From Balanoglossus misakiensis (Eukaryota > Animalia > Hemichordata): a stretch of 64,000 bases of DNA. Under the pieces are notes generated by a model. That model did not search any database and had not been told where the DNA came from. It saw nothing but the letters and a program-made list of their open reading frames with translations. The stretch covers positions 2,030,303 to 2,094,302 of the forward strand of contig CM082582.2 in NCBI GenBank assembly GCA_040954595.2, in the 5' to 3' direction. Position numbers and translations under genes: made by a program. Numbering within the stretch: the first letter of the stretch is position 1; the number at the start of each line of letters is the position of its first letter. Positions 22,007 through 33,513 of this stretch are shown piece by piece.

Positions 22007-25000
22007 CTTTTAGAGAAAAATATGCATTGTTGTCATGAATCATGCAGTTGACCATACATTGCCATAAGGGACCGTTCAGTTTTTACGGCTGGGGGGGGGG
22101 GAGGCAAGTTTGTGTCACCGGTTTTCAAAATCAGGCCGACCCCCCCTTCACCCAGGACCAAAAATTGATGACCCCCCCTTTGACAGACCCAAAAATATGA
22201 TGACCCCCCCCCCCCCCACGGCCAAAACATTCGCCGTCCTGATCCTATGTACACTGTATGCAATAAAGGGAATGAGGCTCCTCACACCTCAATTCTAAAG
22301 TATTATTGAAGTATATAGTATATCGTTGCAACAAAGAAATCTATGAACAAATTAAAATGAGAAGTCACTACAATAGTTGCTAGAATTGGTAAAACAAGAA
22401 AAGTGGCGGCGGTGGGCGTGGGAGGGGGTGTCCCCCTCCCACATAAGAAAATTTTGTAAAATTAGGTGCTCAAAGTTGCATTTTAATGAACTCAAAAACA
22501 AATTAACTCAATGTTAGGGAGGACAAATTTTAATTTTGCCACTCCATTCAAAGTAAGCATCGGGGGTGGGGTGGCAATTTAGACTCTGCCCTGGTACACT
22601 AGACAAACCAGCAAAAAATGAAATGTGGCGGAGAATGAAGGGGGTGGGTGGGTTAGAAAATTTTGTAAAAAAAGGGGCGCGAAACTGCAATTTTGTGGAC
22701 TCAAATGCAAAAGTTCGGTGGCAAAAGTATGTGACCCCCCTAAACGTTTAAAAAAAACAGATGACCCCCCCCCCCTTTTGGACTTCAAAATTTGAGTGAC
22801 CCCCCCCCCCCCCTGGATTTTGCCCCCCCCCCCCCCCCCCGGCCGTAAAAACTGAACGGTCCCTAAACCATGAAAGTTATATTTTAACCCATTGATATAG
22901 CCAAGACATTACTTACTTGCAACTTCACGAAGATATTTGTTGAATACTGCATATACTTGGCCTTCATATCTTCTATCATTAGAACCATTCTCACTGAACG
23001 ATGGTGTTAGCATTGCCTTTAGCCTTGGCAAAGTGAGTTTTGAGGATGTATTTTCACGCAGAAGATGCTGGAATGTAGGCAGCTCTATACACATCTGTAT
23101 TAAGTAATATATAGTGTGTAATATATGTGTATTAATACACTTCTCTTGTAGACACACAAAAAACATGACAATGGAAGCAAACCATATACAATGTAATAAA
23201 GTTCATGTTTATGTTCTCAGTCTGACAATAATATAGAGAGACTTCAATATGAACACTGATTACAATCACCCCACAAAAGCACTAGAGATTGTATTTAGTA
23301 CTCCCATTGTGATATACATGTATTGTGACAGTATACTACTACCGGTAGTAGTGTTGTTTAAAATTCCAGTACTATAATGTTTTTTTAATGAATTCTGACC
23401 AAGACATGAATGGAAAAGTTGGCTAAGTAATATCAGATACATGTAGATAAGGTATGCAATACCTCAGTTTGTAGTTTCAACACTTTGTTAAAAGGTGATT
23501 TTTGACCGTGTATGAAGTGAGTTATTTACATCTGTCCTATATCTTATATGGACCAAACCAAAATTTTACCAAAATACAAGAAATTATGGTGGAAATCAGT
23601 TTATGAATAAGCCAATTACTACCAGTTAAAATGCATGGACTGATGCTAAAAAGTGATTGTTCTATACATTACATATGTTAACAGTGTACATGTTCATAGA
23701 ATCCTACCCTATATTTATTAAACTATGAAACTATTCCATTCTTTTTAATATCCAAATTACCCTAATTAAAATAAACCAATGTGCATAAAAAATAATCAAA
23801 TCTTGTATTTGTTGCATTTGTCTTTTTTTTATATTCTAAGCAAGATTTTCGTACTGACAGACATCCATGACATAAGACATGGTGGCTATTAACCACTAAA
23901 GCTGTTATAACTCAATAATCTATAAATAGTTGTTTAAACTCACCTTATGTATCCCTAATTTGTTTAGGCCTTCCTTTAATTTCTCCAGACATGGATTTAA
24001 TGACACTAAGCCTGTAGAGAACAGCTCTGATAAGACATCGGCACCTAGGAATTGAGGCAATACTCCATTCTGCAATATGCTCACAGCTATAAGAATCAAT
24101 AATTTAAGTTACATTTTGAAGAGCTCCTGTGTGAGTTGCGAGAAGTTCAGTCTAACGAGTCATATAACATGACCCCATGTGTATGTCTTGATTGGCATTC
24201 GTGAACTATTTAACATGCAATTTGTCCACACAATACTCGTAGATAAGCATTAGTCATGCATATTCCATGTTTGAATGGGTTTTGGCATTGGCATGAATCA
24301 ACTTCGAACCAAAGAAAGTTTAGAAAGAACTCCCGTGTTCTGAGGGAATCGCAATAGTGAAAGCAATTTGATCCACAGTATTAAAATTTACAATACAAAC
24401 AGAAAACCCTACACAACCCCTACATGTGCATAATCCCAGAATACCAATAAGTATACCAGCTAACAGCTGAAAATTGGCTAATTTAGGTTTGTCTTATTGA
24501 AATTTCTAGAGCTATCAGTGGAGCAGCTAATAAATTGCAATTTATTATGCAAATTAGATAATTAATATGCACTGGTGTCAACCAAAAAGTATAATCAGAT
24601 CTTCGCATTTTCCAAATGCATCTGTGTATCAAGTTTCATTGGAATCTGTTGAACGGTGCATGAGATATCAATGGAACAGCTAAGAATTGGCTAAGAATGT
24701 AGTAAAAGTAAAAAAGGATGTCCATATGAACATGCCAGAACAAAAAATATCTTACCTAAGATCTGACCAACAGTCACGTAATCATCACAGAGGTGGTCTT
24801 TTAAGCCATTGTCAAAATATTTCTCTTTCAATATCCTTAACATTGAATTCAAAAATTCTTTACGTGGACCGCCATAGTCCTTTGCTCTCTGTGTGAAATT
24901 AATAATATAAATATTGATGTTAGTATATGGTAATAGATTAATCATTTTAAGGCAATAAAAATCCATTCAAACAAATGTTTTTCTTTATTTCAAATTACCT

Positions 25001-28000
25001 CTCCATAAAAGTCTACTTCAAGCGTTGTTCGTAGTTGCCGTATAGACAAGGCAGACATTTCATCAAAACCAGTTGATGAAAGGCACAGTCTGTCAACGCT
25101 AATCACAGTTGTATCGCCTTCGTCACACTGATCCATTGCTTTGATTTCCAGAGCTCTACCAATGATCATTTTAGCTTGATAGTACCGGAGAATCTCCACA
25201 GGGTTTTCTATACTATGCTCCTTACAGTAATCAACAGTTTCTATAACAATAGCTTCCACTTTCCTCTTTTCTGCATCATCTCCCACTTCATCTTCTTCAT
25301 CGACCACCTACAATGGGCAAAACAAGATTAATAATTTAACATAAGTTAGGAAATGTCTATATACCATATTTGGTCCAACAAAGATCAATAATGATATACA
25401 ATCTGTCAATGTATATAAAAATGACTGCCCATATATTTTCCTTCTTTTAAACTGGACTGATTAGGGAGTTTGTGTACATTTTCTGTACCTTTTTGGCAGA
25501 CATCCGTGCATATTAATTTTCACCTAAAATTGCTTTTTTGAGACCACAAAAATATGTAATGGCACATGTAACAAAATTAACAAAAAACAACATTTTCAAC
25601 TTGATTTTTTTACAATTTACCAGTTAGTGGCCCAAAAAAAGGAAACTCAAGGAAAACAAATAATTAAACACTTACAAAATTGTCTCGCTCCATTTCCACA
25701 TTTATATCAGAATTGGTCTGATTTTCATCAGATACAGCAGTAGCTGTAATATAATCATTCCTGAAAGAAAGAAGATGGTCCTCTTTTCAGTGTCATATTC
25801 TCTATGTTATTATTAAATTATATGTAGAAACGTCCATAAGATTATATGTCACAGAAACAGACGACTAGAACTTGGGTGCTTCCATTGTGGCAAGAATTTT
25901 AAAAGAAATTCATTTGTGCCCACATATACAGATCTGGAATTTCCGTCTGTGAACCAAAATTCACGCACCAATCGCCATTACCAAGCACACCTGATTCATA
26001 CGGGACAACGAAGCGCCCCAAAACGCCTCACAACTTGTACAATGGCCCCTTTTTGAACTTTATGCGAGGAAGGCGCAGCCATCTTGAATCTCGCTCGCAC
26101 ACTAGCTATACAGTGCATTATGGGTAAAAATCATGTTTATCAAGAAAGGATAAAAATAGGAAAATCTACCCCCCTTCAACCTATTTAATTTTACTGTACT
26201 ACACACTATATTTTAGACTACACTAACAAATGAGTATAATCCCAGTTATAATGCAAAAAGTTAGTTCAGTGAATTAGCATGAACTGAAATTGCTCAGGTG
26301 TTGCAATGATATTGCACCATCTGGACAATGTTGATTGTCATTATATTTACAACTGTTCTTGTATTTACATTTTCTGATGGAATAAATTTCATTCATCATA
26401 TGCAAATTAAATGGCAACATAACCAAATCAAATAAGATTATGTATTTTATTATGATGCCATGGGAACATGCACAGAAAGTGAAAGGCCAGAAACTGGCTC
26501 AAGTCAGCAGGTCACAGGAATTTGAAATTGTTATTGTTGAAAGAAATATACAAGCCAAAACAAAATTATGCTGGAGGTTCCTGACTTCTGCCTGACTTCA
26601 GGAGCATAGCTGTATCAATGTGCCAAATGTAATTGAAAATGGTATTAATACTTACACATGTACCGGTACATGATCAGCAACCTCACTCATAGATTCAACA
26701 GCTGCCTATAAAATGAAATAATATTGGAAGTAAGCTACATATCATAAACTATGTATGTACAGTGTATTATCACAAGCACCAAAACTGACCAAAATGTTCA
26801 CCAAAACTAGATGCTAGCATATACATGCATGTATCCCCCAACCCATTGCTCATTTGCATATATCAGAATATGAATCTAGAGCAGATGCTTTTGGGTAAAT
26901 ATTGGTAAATACTGACTTACAAAGACAACATTAATTCTAACATGTTGGTTATGTTCATCCCTACAATACAAACATGAATGAACACACCAAAATAGTTTGA
27001 GAGAATGAGTTGTTTTCACCAAAAATACACGAGTATTCCAAATTTTCTTTTCTCATTGCTCACAGTTGCAATTTCTTTCTTGATGATAACGAGTTATCAA
27101 TCGTTTTTTCACAAAATGTTCATAGTCCCCCCCCTCCACCCACCCAGATTTTCAAATTAGAAAAAAACATACATAAATAAATATTAAACATGGGGTTGGG
27201 CTTATTGTTATTGTTAAGTTTGGTGTTTATATGCATGCAATGTAAAACCCCCGTATTCTTGGGTTGCACGACGCAATGTTACCATGGATAAGATTCGAAT
27301 TAGCGGCCATTTTTGCAAAATATACTGACAACACCAGTAAGATCGAACGTTATTAGGCGCAGTGTCTGCCAGTGACGTCACGTGCAAGCCAAGAATTTCT
27401 AAACTACTGTTATATGTTCACACTTACCCCTACATCTTCATCTGAATCAGATAAACATTTACATGTCCACATGTGATCACGTAATTCCCGTACATCAATA
27501 AGTTGATTGCACCCTTGGCACTTTTCTGTAACACTTGACGAAATTCCAATGGATGATATTGGCTTTGTTGACAGGTTTCGTTGTATAGGCCTCAAATAAA
27601 TCTTAGACTGTGAGCCTAAATTAGCCTTCAGATCAGGTATTGACCAGTCACAGCTTATTACAGACAGATTACGTGAGTTAGGTTGACACTGCAGTAGTTC
27701 AAATCCACCGGCATCTTTCAATTGAGAATATCCAGCCATATCATTGTCATCATCTTTCGCAGATGACAAGGTATCCAAGAACTCCCCCTGAGAACACGAA
27801 GCATCAAATTTGATCTTTTTTGGCCCTAACCCAGCACGATGTAAAACTTGACGTTCGGCAGATGTTGGAACTTTAAAGGCATGCCTGTCCGACAAACAAA
27901 CAAAATTTCCTGTCCATGTACGCTTCGGTTGATTGACCGTGCCACTCCGGCGCGTGCCTGTCCTAGGTCTACATCCCCTTGGTGCCATTCTCGGGTTAAA

Positions 28001-28255
28001 AAGCACACTTCTTTCTTCTCGAACAGCGCTGGCCATACTGTCATTCCTGGTAGTAGACTCACCGGTTCCGATCGTACTTATACTTGTAGCCGTTTTACAC
28101 AGGTCACGGATGCGAACGCGATCCCCCAATGTTGAAACTCCCAGTCTAGTTAATTCACCATCAGTCATGGAAAGAACCGTTGAAGGATCCACTCGTTCGT
28201 CTAGGAAACGCTGTAAGAGCGCTGGAAGTTCGAGCTTAGTCAAGATACTTTCCAT
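21747..28255 (-). CDS. Transposon-borne 8-exon gene, 661 aa: SAM-like, Ubl-like, C2HC zinc finger, acidic linker, HECT E3 ubiquitin ligase (G2E3-like family)
   Basis: Exons 28255-27428, 26705-26656, 25760-25676, 25307-24999, 24888-24756, 24086-23944, 23094-22917 and 22006-21747. All introns are GT-AG and phases 0,2,0,0,1,0,1 are compatible, giving 1986 nt with no internal stop. HECT motifs are VDFYGE|RAKDYGGPRKEF, LKEGLNKLG, VLVFTTG...P..GF and PTSDTCINLLKLP, with terminal FGRV. Confidence 0.85.
22068..22863. mobile_element. PIF/Harbinger-type MITE in HECT intron 7
   Basis: TIR GGGACCGTTCAGTTTTTACGGC / GCCGTAAAAACTGAACGGTCCC followed by G/C tracts. TAA flanks both ends (22065-22067 and 22864-22866). 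Confidence 0.85.
22917..23094 (-). CDS. HECT gene exon 7
   Basis: MCIELPTFQHLL...PSFSENGSNDRRYE...YLREVA, with TACAG acceptor and GTAAGT donor. Confidence 0.85.
23944..24086 (-). CDS. HECT gene exon 6 (not in the ORF track)
   Basis: AVSILQNGVLPQFLGADVLSELFSTGLVSLNPCLEKLKEGLNKLGIHK, with TTATAG acceptor and GTGAG donor. Confidence 0.85.
24756..24888 (-). CDS. HECT gene exon 5
   Basis: RAKDYGGPRKEFL...VGQIL, with CACAG acceptor and GTAAG donor. Confidence 0.88.
24999..25307 (-). CDS. HECT gene exon 4
   Basis: VVDEEDE...LEVDFYGE, with TTGTAG acceptor and GTAAT donor. Confidence 0.85.
25676..25760 (-). CDS. HECT gene exon 3 (85 nt)
   Basis: TTTCTTTCAG acceptor and GTAAG donor; phase 2 to 0, complementing exon 2. 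Confidence 0.65.
26656..26705 (-). CDS. HECT gene exon 2 (50 nt)
   Basis: TTTCATTTTATAG acceptor and GTAAG donor; phase 0 to 2. Confidence 0.65.
27428..28255 (-). CDS. HECT gene exon 1 (SAM-like, Ubl-like, C2HC finger)
   Basis: ATG at 28255 with an in-frame stop upstream. Motifs MESILTKLEL...LGVSTLGDRVRI, FVCL...AGLG.KKI.F...GGFELL...IYLRPIQ and CQGC-x11-H-x3-C. Donor GGG|GTAAGT. Confidence 0.85.
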
Positions 28256-28417
28256 TCTGACTGGGTCAAACACTCAGATCATAAACAAATATGGCGCATG
28301 TTACGTATTTAAGTATGTTGCGCCCTCTTTGACAGAATTGCGGTTAGGCATAGCATATCATAATGACATGTCCGCATAGTATAAAGCCAAACGCGCGCCG
28401 TATGTTGAACGGGCATA

Positions 28418-29265
28418 GTATCATGGTGAATGAGCGACGTATAATGATGTATGCACAGCGTATAATGATGTATGCACATTGTATAAAGGTGTATGAGCGT
28501 CGTATAATGATGTATGGGCAATGTATAATGATTTATTCACAGCGTATAATGATGTATGCACATTGTATAAAGGCGAATGAGCATCGTATAATGATGTATG
28601 GGCAATGTATAATGATGTATTCACAGCGTATAATGATGTATGCACATTGTATAAAGGTGTATGAGCGTCGTATAATGATGTATGGGCAATGTATAATGAT
28701 TTATTCACAGCGTATAATGATGTATGCACATTGTATAAAGGCGAATGAGCGTCGTATAATGATGTATGCACATTGTATAAAGGTGTATGAGCGTCGTATA
28801 ATGATGTATGGGCAATGTATAATGATGTATTCACAGCGTATAATGATGTATGCACATTGTATAAAGGTGTATGAGCGTCGTATAATGATGTATGGGCAAT
28901 GTATAATGATGTATTCACAGCGTATAATGATGTATGCACATTGTATAAAGGCGAATGAGCGTCGTATAATGATGTATGGGCAATGTATAATGATGTATTC
29001 ACAGCGTATAATGATGTATGCACATTGTATAAAGGCGAATGAGCATCGTATAATGATGTATGCACATTGTATAAAGGTGTATGAGCGTCGTATAATGATG
29101 TATGGGCAATGTATAATGATTTATTCACAGCGTATAATGATGTATGCACATTGTATAAAGGTGTATGAGCGTCGTATAATGATGTATGGGCAATGTATAA
29201 TGATGTATGCACATTGTATAAATATGTATGAGCTTCGTATAATGATGTATAAGCGTCGTATAATG
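28418..29265. repeat. Right subterminal 21-bp minisatellite (~40 units), inverted relative to the left
   Basis: Unit of about GTATAATGATGTATG plus 6 nt, with a recurring 84-bp four-unit pattern. Confidence 0.95.
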
Positions 29266-29301
29266 GTAACAATGGACTTAAGACAGCTGTGGCTTTCCAT
29301 A
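29252..29301 (-). repeat. Right TIR (50 bp)
   Basis: Exact reverse complement of 18661-18710. Confidence 0.97.
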
Positions 29302-29730
29302 GCTGCAGGCATTTGGTTGTATGTGGATACATCCTTACCTTGTAACAATATGCACTGAGATTCACCCCCAGTCATCTTTTCCCACTTCTGAGCAGTGGCG
29401 TAGCGCTGAAAACGTTGAAGGTACGCATCCATATCATCAACATCCTCACGAAAACCCTGTAGTCTCGGAGCACGCGCTTTGGCCAAATTATTTTCAGTAA
29501 CCTGCTGTTCTGTATTTTCCCCTTTCAATTTTAATTCTTGTAAGTGAATTTGCATTTTCAGTATCTCTCTCTCATGTTCCTCGCGCCGCCTATTATCTTC
29601 TCTCTGCTCCTCTCTCTCAGTAGCCCTAAGATCCCTCTGTCTAATTTGTTCCTCTCTAACATAATCTTTTAAAGCAGTCCCTTCCAACCCAAATTTTCTC
29701 CCTATCTTAGATATTCTTTCTGCATATATG
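29302..29730 (-). CDS. Gypsy (Gmr1) gag N-terminal part
   Basis: KIGRKFGLEGTALKDYV, a coiled coil, then PRLQGFREDVDDMDAYLQRFQRYA. It joins in frame to 18654 across the TSD (YNQMPAA|SANNYDELKPELL). No clear ATG was found. Confidence 0.85.
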
Positions 29731-30006
29731 CTTTGCTGTATCGCGATTTACAACCCCCAGTTTGACAACCCCTAGCAGTACAGGGCATTCAGCACAAGTC
29801 AACACAGCCAAACGCACGACGCAAACCAACACGGCCCATATTATATAGCAGGAAACCACAAGCGCACATACAGTAACAGTACCAGCCTACAGACCCAGCA
29901 CCGTCTTCACAATTTGCAGAATCTCTACCTATCAAAACCATGGTCTCCACTATATGGCAACAATTTATGATAGTATACAAACAAATGCACAACAAAACGA
30001 TAAAAC

Positions 30007-30023
30007 TCCCGGACGAGCCCCCA
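30007..30023 (-). promoter_or_regulatory. Primer-binding site, tRNA-Pro
   Basis: Minus-strand TGGGGGCTCGTCCGGGA is complementary to the tRNA-Pro 3' end and lies 2 nt downstream of the LTR terminal CA. Confidence 0.92.
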
Positions 30024-30025
30024 AA

Positions 30026-31322
30026 TGTCAGAGGTGGAGGGCACCCCTCTGATTCCAGGATAAATATTGAGCTGCTCTCAGTGCCAAGGAGTAAACATCC
30101 GTGGATAAGGTATGGGGAGAAACTACACAAACCAGTGCGGATACAATAATACAGTTGATTTAATTTAAATCAATTAAATAATATAAAGATAATACTAGGA
30201 ATATAATTTTTGTGCACAATATGCACAATATCAAATGTCTCTGTCCTAACCAATTTAGCAGGTACAGGTATGCTGATACAATTGGTCATACAATACAATG
30301 GGTTACTTAATATATTACATAAATGAATATATTCACAATATCACTATAGTTTATTGTCTATTGCATATTGTCTAAACAATGGTAAGTGTCACTTAGCTGT
30401 ATATAACATTCATAGTAAACAATCATGATTCAACCACAATATGGGATGGAGTCCTGTATAGATGAACGATGTAGCGACGATCCACATTACACATACAATC
30501 TGTGATACACCATGTTTTCTACCACTTGTAGTCCTCCAGTAGTCAAGTAAACACACTGAAGACTGACTTGTTAGATGCAAGTCTTGGGTTAAATGGCTGA
30601 ATGAAAAATCAACAAACATTGACTGAAATGTCCACCTTAGCAACTGTTCACAAATGAATACTGACGTTTCTCAATAATAATTATCAGAAATTTGGACTAG
30701 TTAAAGCGTCATGATTACATGTGATACCATGGAAAATTATGCTTTAACTATGACCGTCCTATTACTTACAAATTGTCGAATTTGACATAAATATCCATAA
30801 AATATAAATTTAAGTTATAGTAAATAAATAAACAAATACATTACTTACACGAGAATTCTTCACCACACTTCATGCTCAGCAATACCGGGTCTATAGGATG
30901 GTTCCACAGAACTCTGCTTGGAGCAATTTCCAGCCACACCACATACGACCATGCCAGCCACGCCAATCGCCCGACCACACCGGTTTGCACTGAATAAGCA
31001 CAATTCTGCTTTCTAGAAGTACTGAATTTACTTCCACTCGAATTGCAGAAACAGTGGTCCTGAGAGCACTAATGCGCGCTACAGCATTACATGGACACAG
31101 CAAGGTATGGTGCAATATTTCCCCTAGTATTTCTACTCACTGAGCAGGGAGACCCGACTTGTTGCTCCCTTCAAGACCTAAATTGAAGTGTGCTCTCTTA
31201 CTACACGAAACTTAGCTAACGAAGCCCTATTCATTAACATGACAATACACGGTGTCACTACACCTGAAATTATGCGGGCACCTGGGTTTCCACTGACTCC
31301 AGTACTACCTAATTATATGACA
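30026..31322 (-). repeat. 5' LTR (~1.3 kb)
   Basis: Bounded by TGTCA...TGACA. The inner end is fixed by the PBS. The outer end is supported by homology to 8262-8286 starting exactly at 31323. No second LTR is available to confirm it. Confidence 0.75.
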
Positions 31323-31536
31323 AGTTGGGACCGACAGTCGAGACCCATACAGCATTACAATCAACAAATAGTAAAACAAATAAAAAAGTAAACAAAAAAC
31401 AGGAAAACATTTTAAAAATACAAATAAAATTATGAAACTACTAAAAAAACAAAACAAAAACAAAAACAACACAAAAACACAAAACAACAAGCGAGGTCAA
31501 TAAAGATTAACGCTTACAAAGATAGAAACAGTAAGA

Positions 31537-33430
31537 CTGTTGTGATTATTGCTGGAATAGGCAATGTTTTAATCTACCTGCAAATACTGGTGTGACAAAG
31601 ATTGTCGGCCAGTCAACATCACCAACGATATTAACAATATAAAAATAAATAAAATTTCAACGATTCAACTTCTTTTCTAGCTTCCTATCTGGATAGTTTG
31701 TTTTATTTTACTCTAAAGATCACCTTTCTTCTAGGCCACGTGGCAAGAGACGTTTTCAACTTCTACTATCATCGATGCGAGAGTACTATAGTATTCTCAT
31801 ATACACGGACAAAGGCCACCAAAATAAGAGAATCATTTGGTCAAATGGTAGAGGGCGCAAAAACAGATATTTCAAATGACAAAATTTTCCGATAAACGTG
31901 TTTAATCAAATCAAACTGTGCTCAATGGTATTCTTGCAAAAATTGAATACACATGAAACAAAATACAGCAACTGCCATGAACAACAAGTTTATTCATGAC
32001 AAAATTCAATTTTTTTAATTAGTGATTTCCATTATCAGCTGAAAACTAAAATTAGATTGTCATCTTGAACAGTATAAAATCAGCGAGCAATTAGACATTA
32101 AGTACCCAGCATACTAAAATAAAACCATGTAAACATGCACAATTAGATAATCAAAGATTTTTATTTATTCACCATGATGTTTTTAATTTATGTCAAATCA
32201 AAGTACTTGAAGTTATGGAAGATCAATTAAAATAGAAAACTGTAATTTTAATGGCTCGGTAATGTATCCAATTTCTGCCCAATATATGAAATTTCCGAGT
32301 CAGCAACTGAAGAATTCGTGGGGAAAATATTTACGTGATGTGTAACAGAATTCACTTTGAAGTAAGGAGTTTTTGTAAAATCAACATGCATATTACAATT
32401 TATTTGTAAAAATTGATTGGCAATGGAAAATTGGCGTTTAAATATATAGTACTTCAAGATGAACAGATAAAATATAAGTTATTACAGATGTCATTTTACG
32501 ACAACAAGGAATGTTCAATCGTTCTTTAATATCTTTAATGATGCCAGGTCAAATGTCACCTTTGCAAATTCAACCACTGGTACCATAGCCATTTCAAATG
32601 TAGCCAAAAGTGCGCCACCACTTTCTTCAAACATACTGAAACCATCTACAGGTTACTGTAGTCCTATATCTCTTGGCATCCATGGCAGTTTAGCTAGACA
32701 TGAGCTGGCAAGGGGTGACCTGCAAGCTTTGAACTCTGGCTTCGGTAATGTCGACTCTGGCTCTGGCATATACTTGCAGGTCCATATGACCTTGGGGTGA
32801 ACATGGTCATGAAGAAATAAATAGAATATGTTTGGTACATTGTCAACTTCATTTTAAACTTTCAAAAAAATAACAATATGGTGAGTAATGTTTTTGTTGT
32901 TTTCAAAGAGACTCACCATACACTTTAGTAAATCAAAGACTTGAAAAAGTTTTGAGGACTATCATTTGTCTGAATCTCGGACCGCGAGGCACATACTACC
33001 TTAAATAGTTTCACTCGCAGCTTCTTGTGGGCAGTTTCTCCTTGCGTACCTGTACAGACACACCAGGAGGCCGTTCCCGATGAACAACTCAACCCACATG
33101 AAAACATTCAAGCGTCTGGTCACACCCATTTCCGTCAAACAAGAACATGAATGAAACTGCGGAGGAAGAGAACAGGAGAGTGCCCATTAACCCTGTAATG
33201 GCCAATCATTTACTGGCACAAGGTTCCGGATGTACGATCACTGGAGTTGAAAATAAGGTCATGGATTTGAAAATCATTTTGAGTTATGAAATTGAAATAC
33301 ATATTTTTCATTGTGGATTCTCCGACATAAATATTATCAAAATCAATAAGGATTGGCTTTTTAATTTATGACATATAACGCCATGAATCTAGCCCATTAA
33401 TACAAAGGCAATACTTAAACACATTTCGGG
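31537..33430. repeat. ~1.9-kb unclassified dispersed repeat, copy 2
   Basis: Direct copy of 8596-10492 with scattered substitutions. Confidence 0.9.
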
Positions 33431-33513
33431 GTAGCGTTATGACAACTTGAAGAAAGTATGAATACAAACTTTCTAAAGTAATATTTTAAAGGTTGGCGTA
33501 TTGCTTAGCATAA

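Larger units (their letters stand above)
18661..29301 (+). mobile_element. IS3EU-like DNA transposon, 10,641 bp, apparently intact, two convergent genes
   Basis: Perfect 50-bp TIRs with termini TAT...ATA and a 6-bp TSD GCTGCA (18655-18660 and 29302-29307). Removing it restores the host gag frame. It encodes an IS3/integrase-like DDE transposase. The superfamily call rests on recalled Repbase IS3EU hallmarks (TAY..RTA termini, 6-bp TSD). Confidence 0.88.
15256..31322 (-). mobile_element. Gmr1-type Ty3/Gypsy LTR retrotransposon, 3'-truncated, interrupted by a DNA transposon
   Basis: Contains a 5' LTR, a PBS, gag, PR, then integrase before RT (the Gmr1 domain order). RNase H and the 3' LTR are absent. 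Confidence 0.9.

Noticed and set aside
21747-28255. Calling the HECT gene the host G2E3 ortholog
   Set aside because: It lacks the N-terminal PHD/RING fingers of G2E3 and lies within TIRs, so no gene symbol is assigned.
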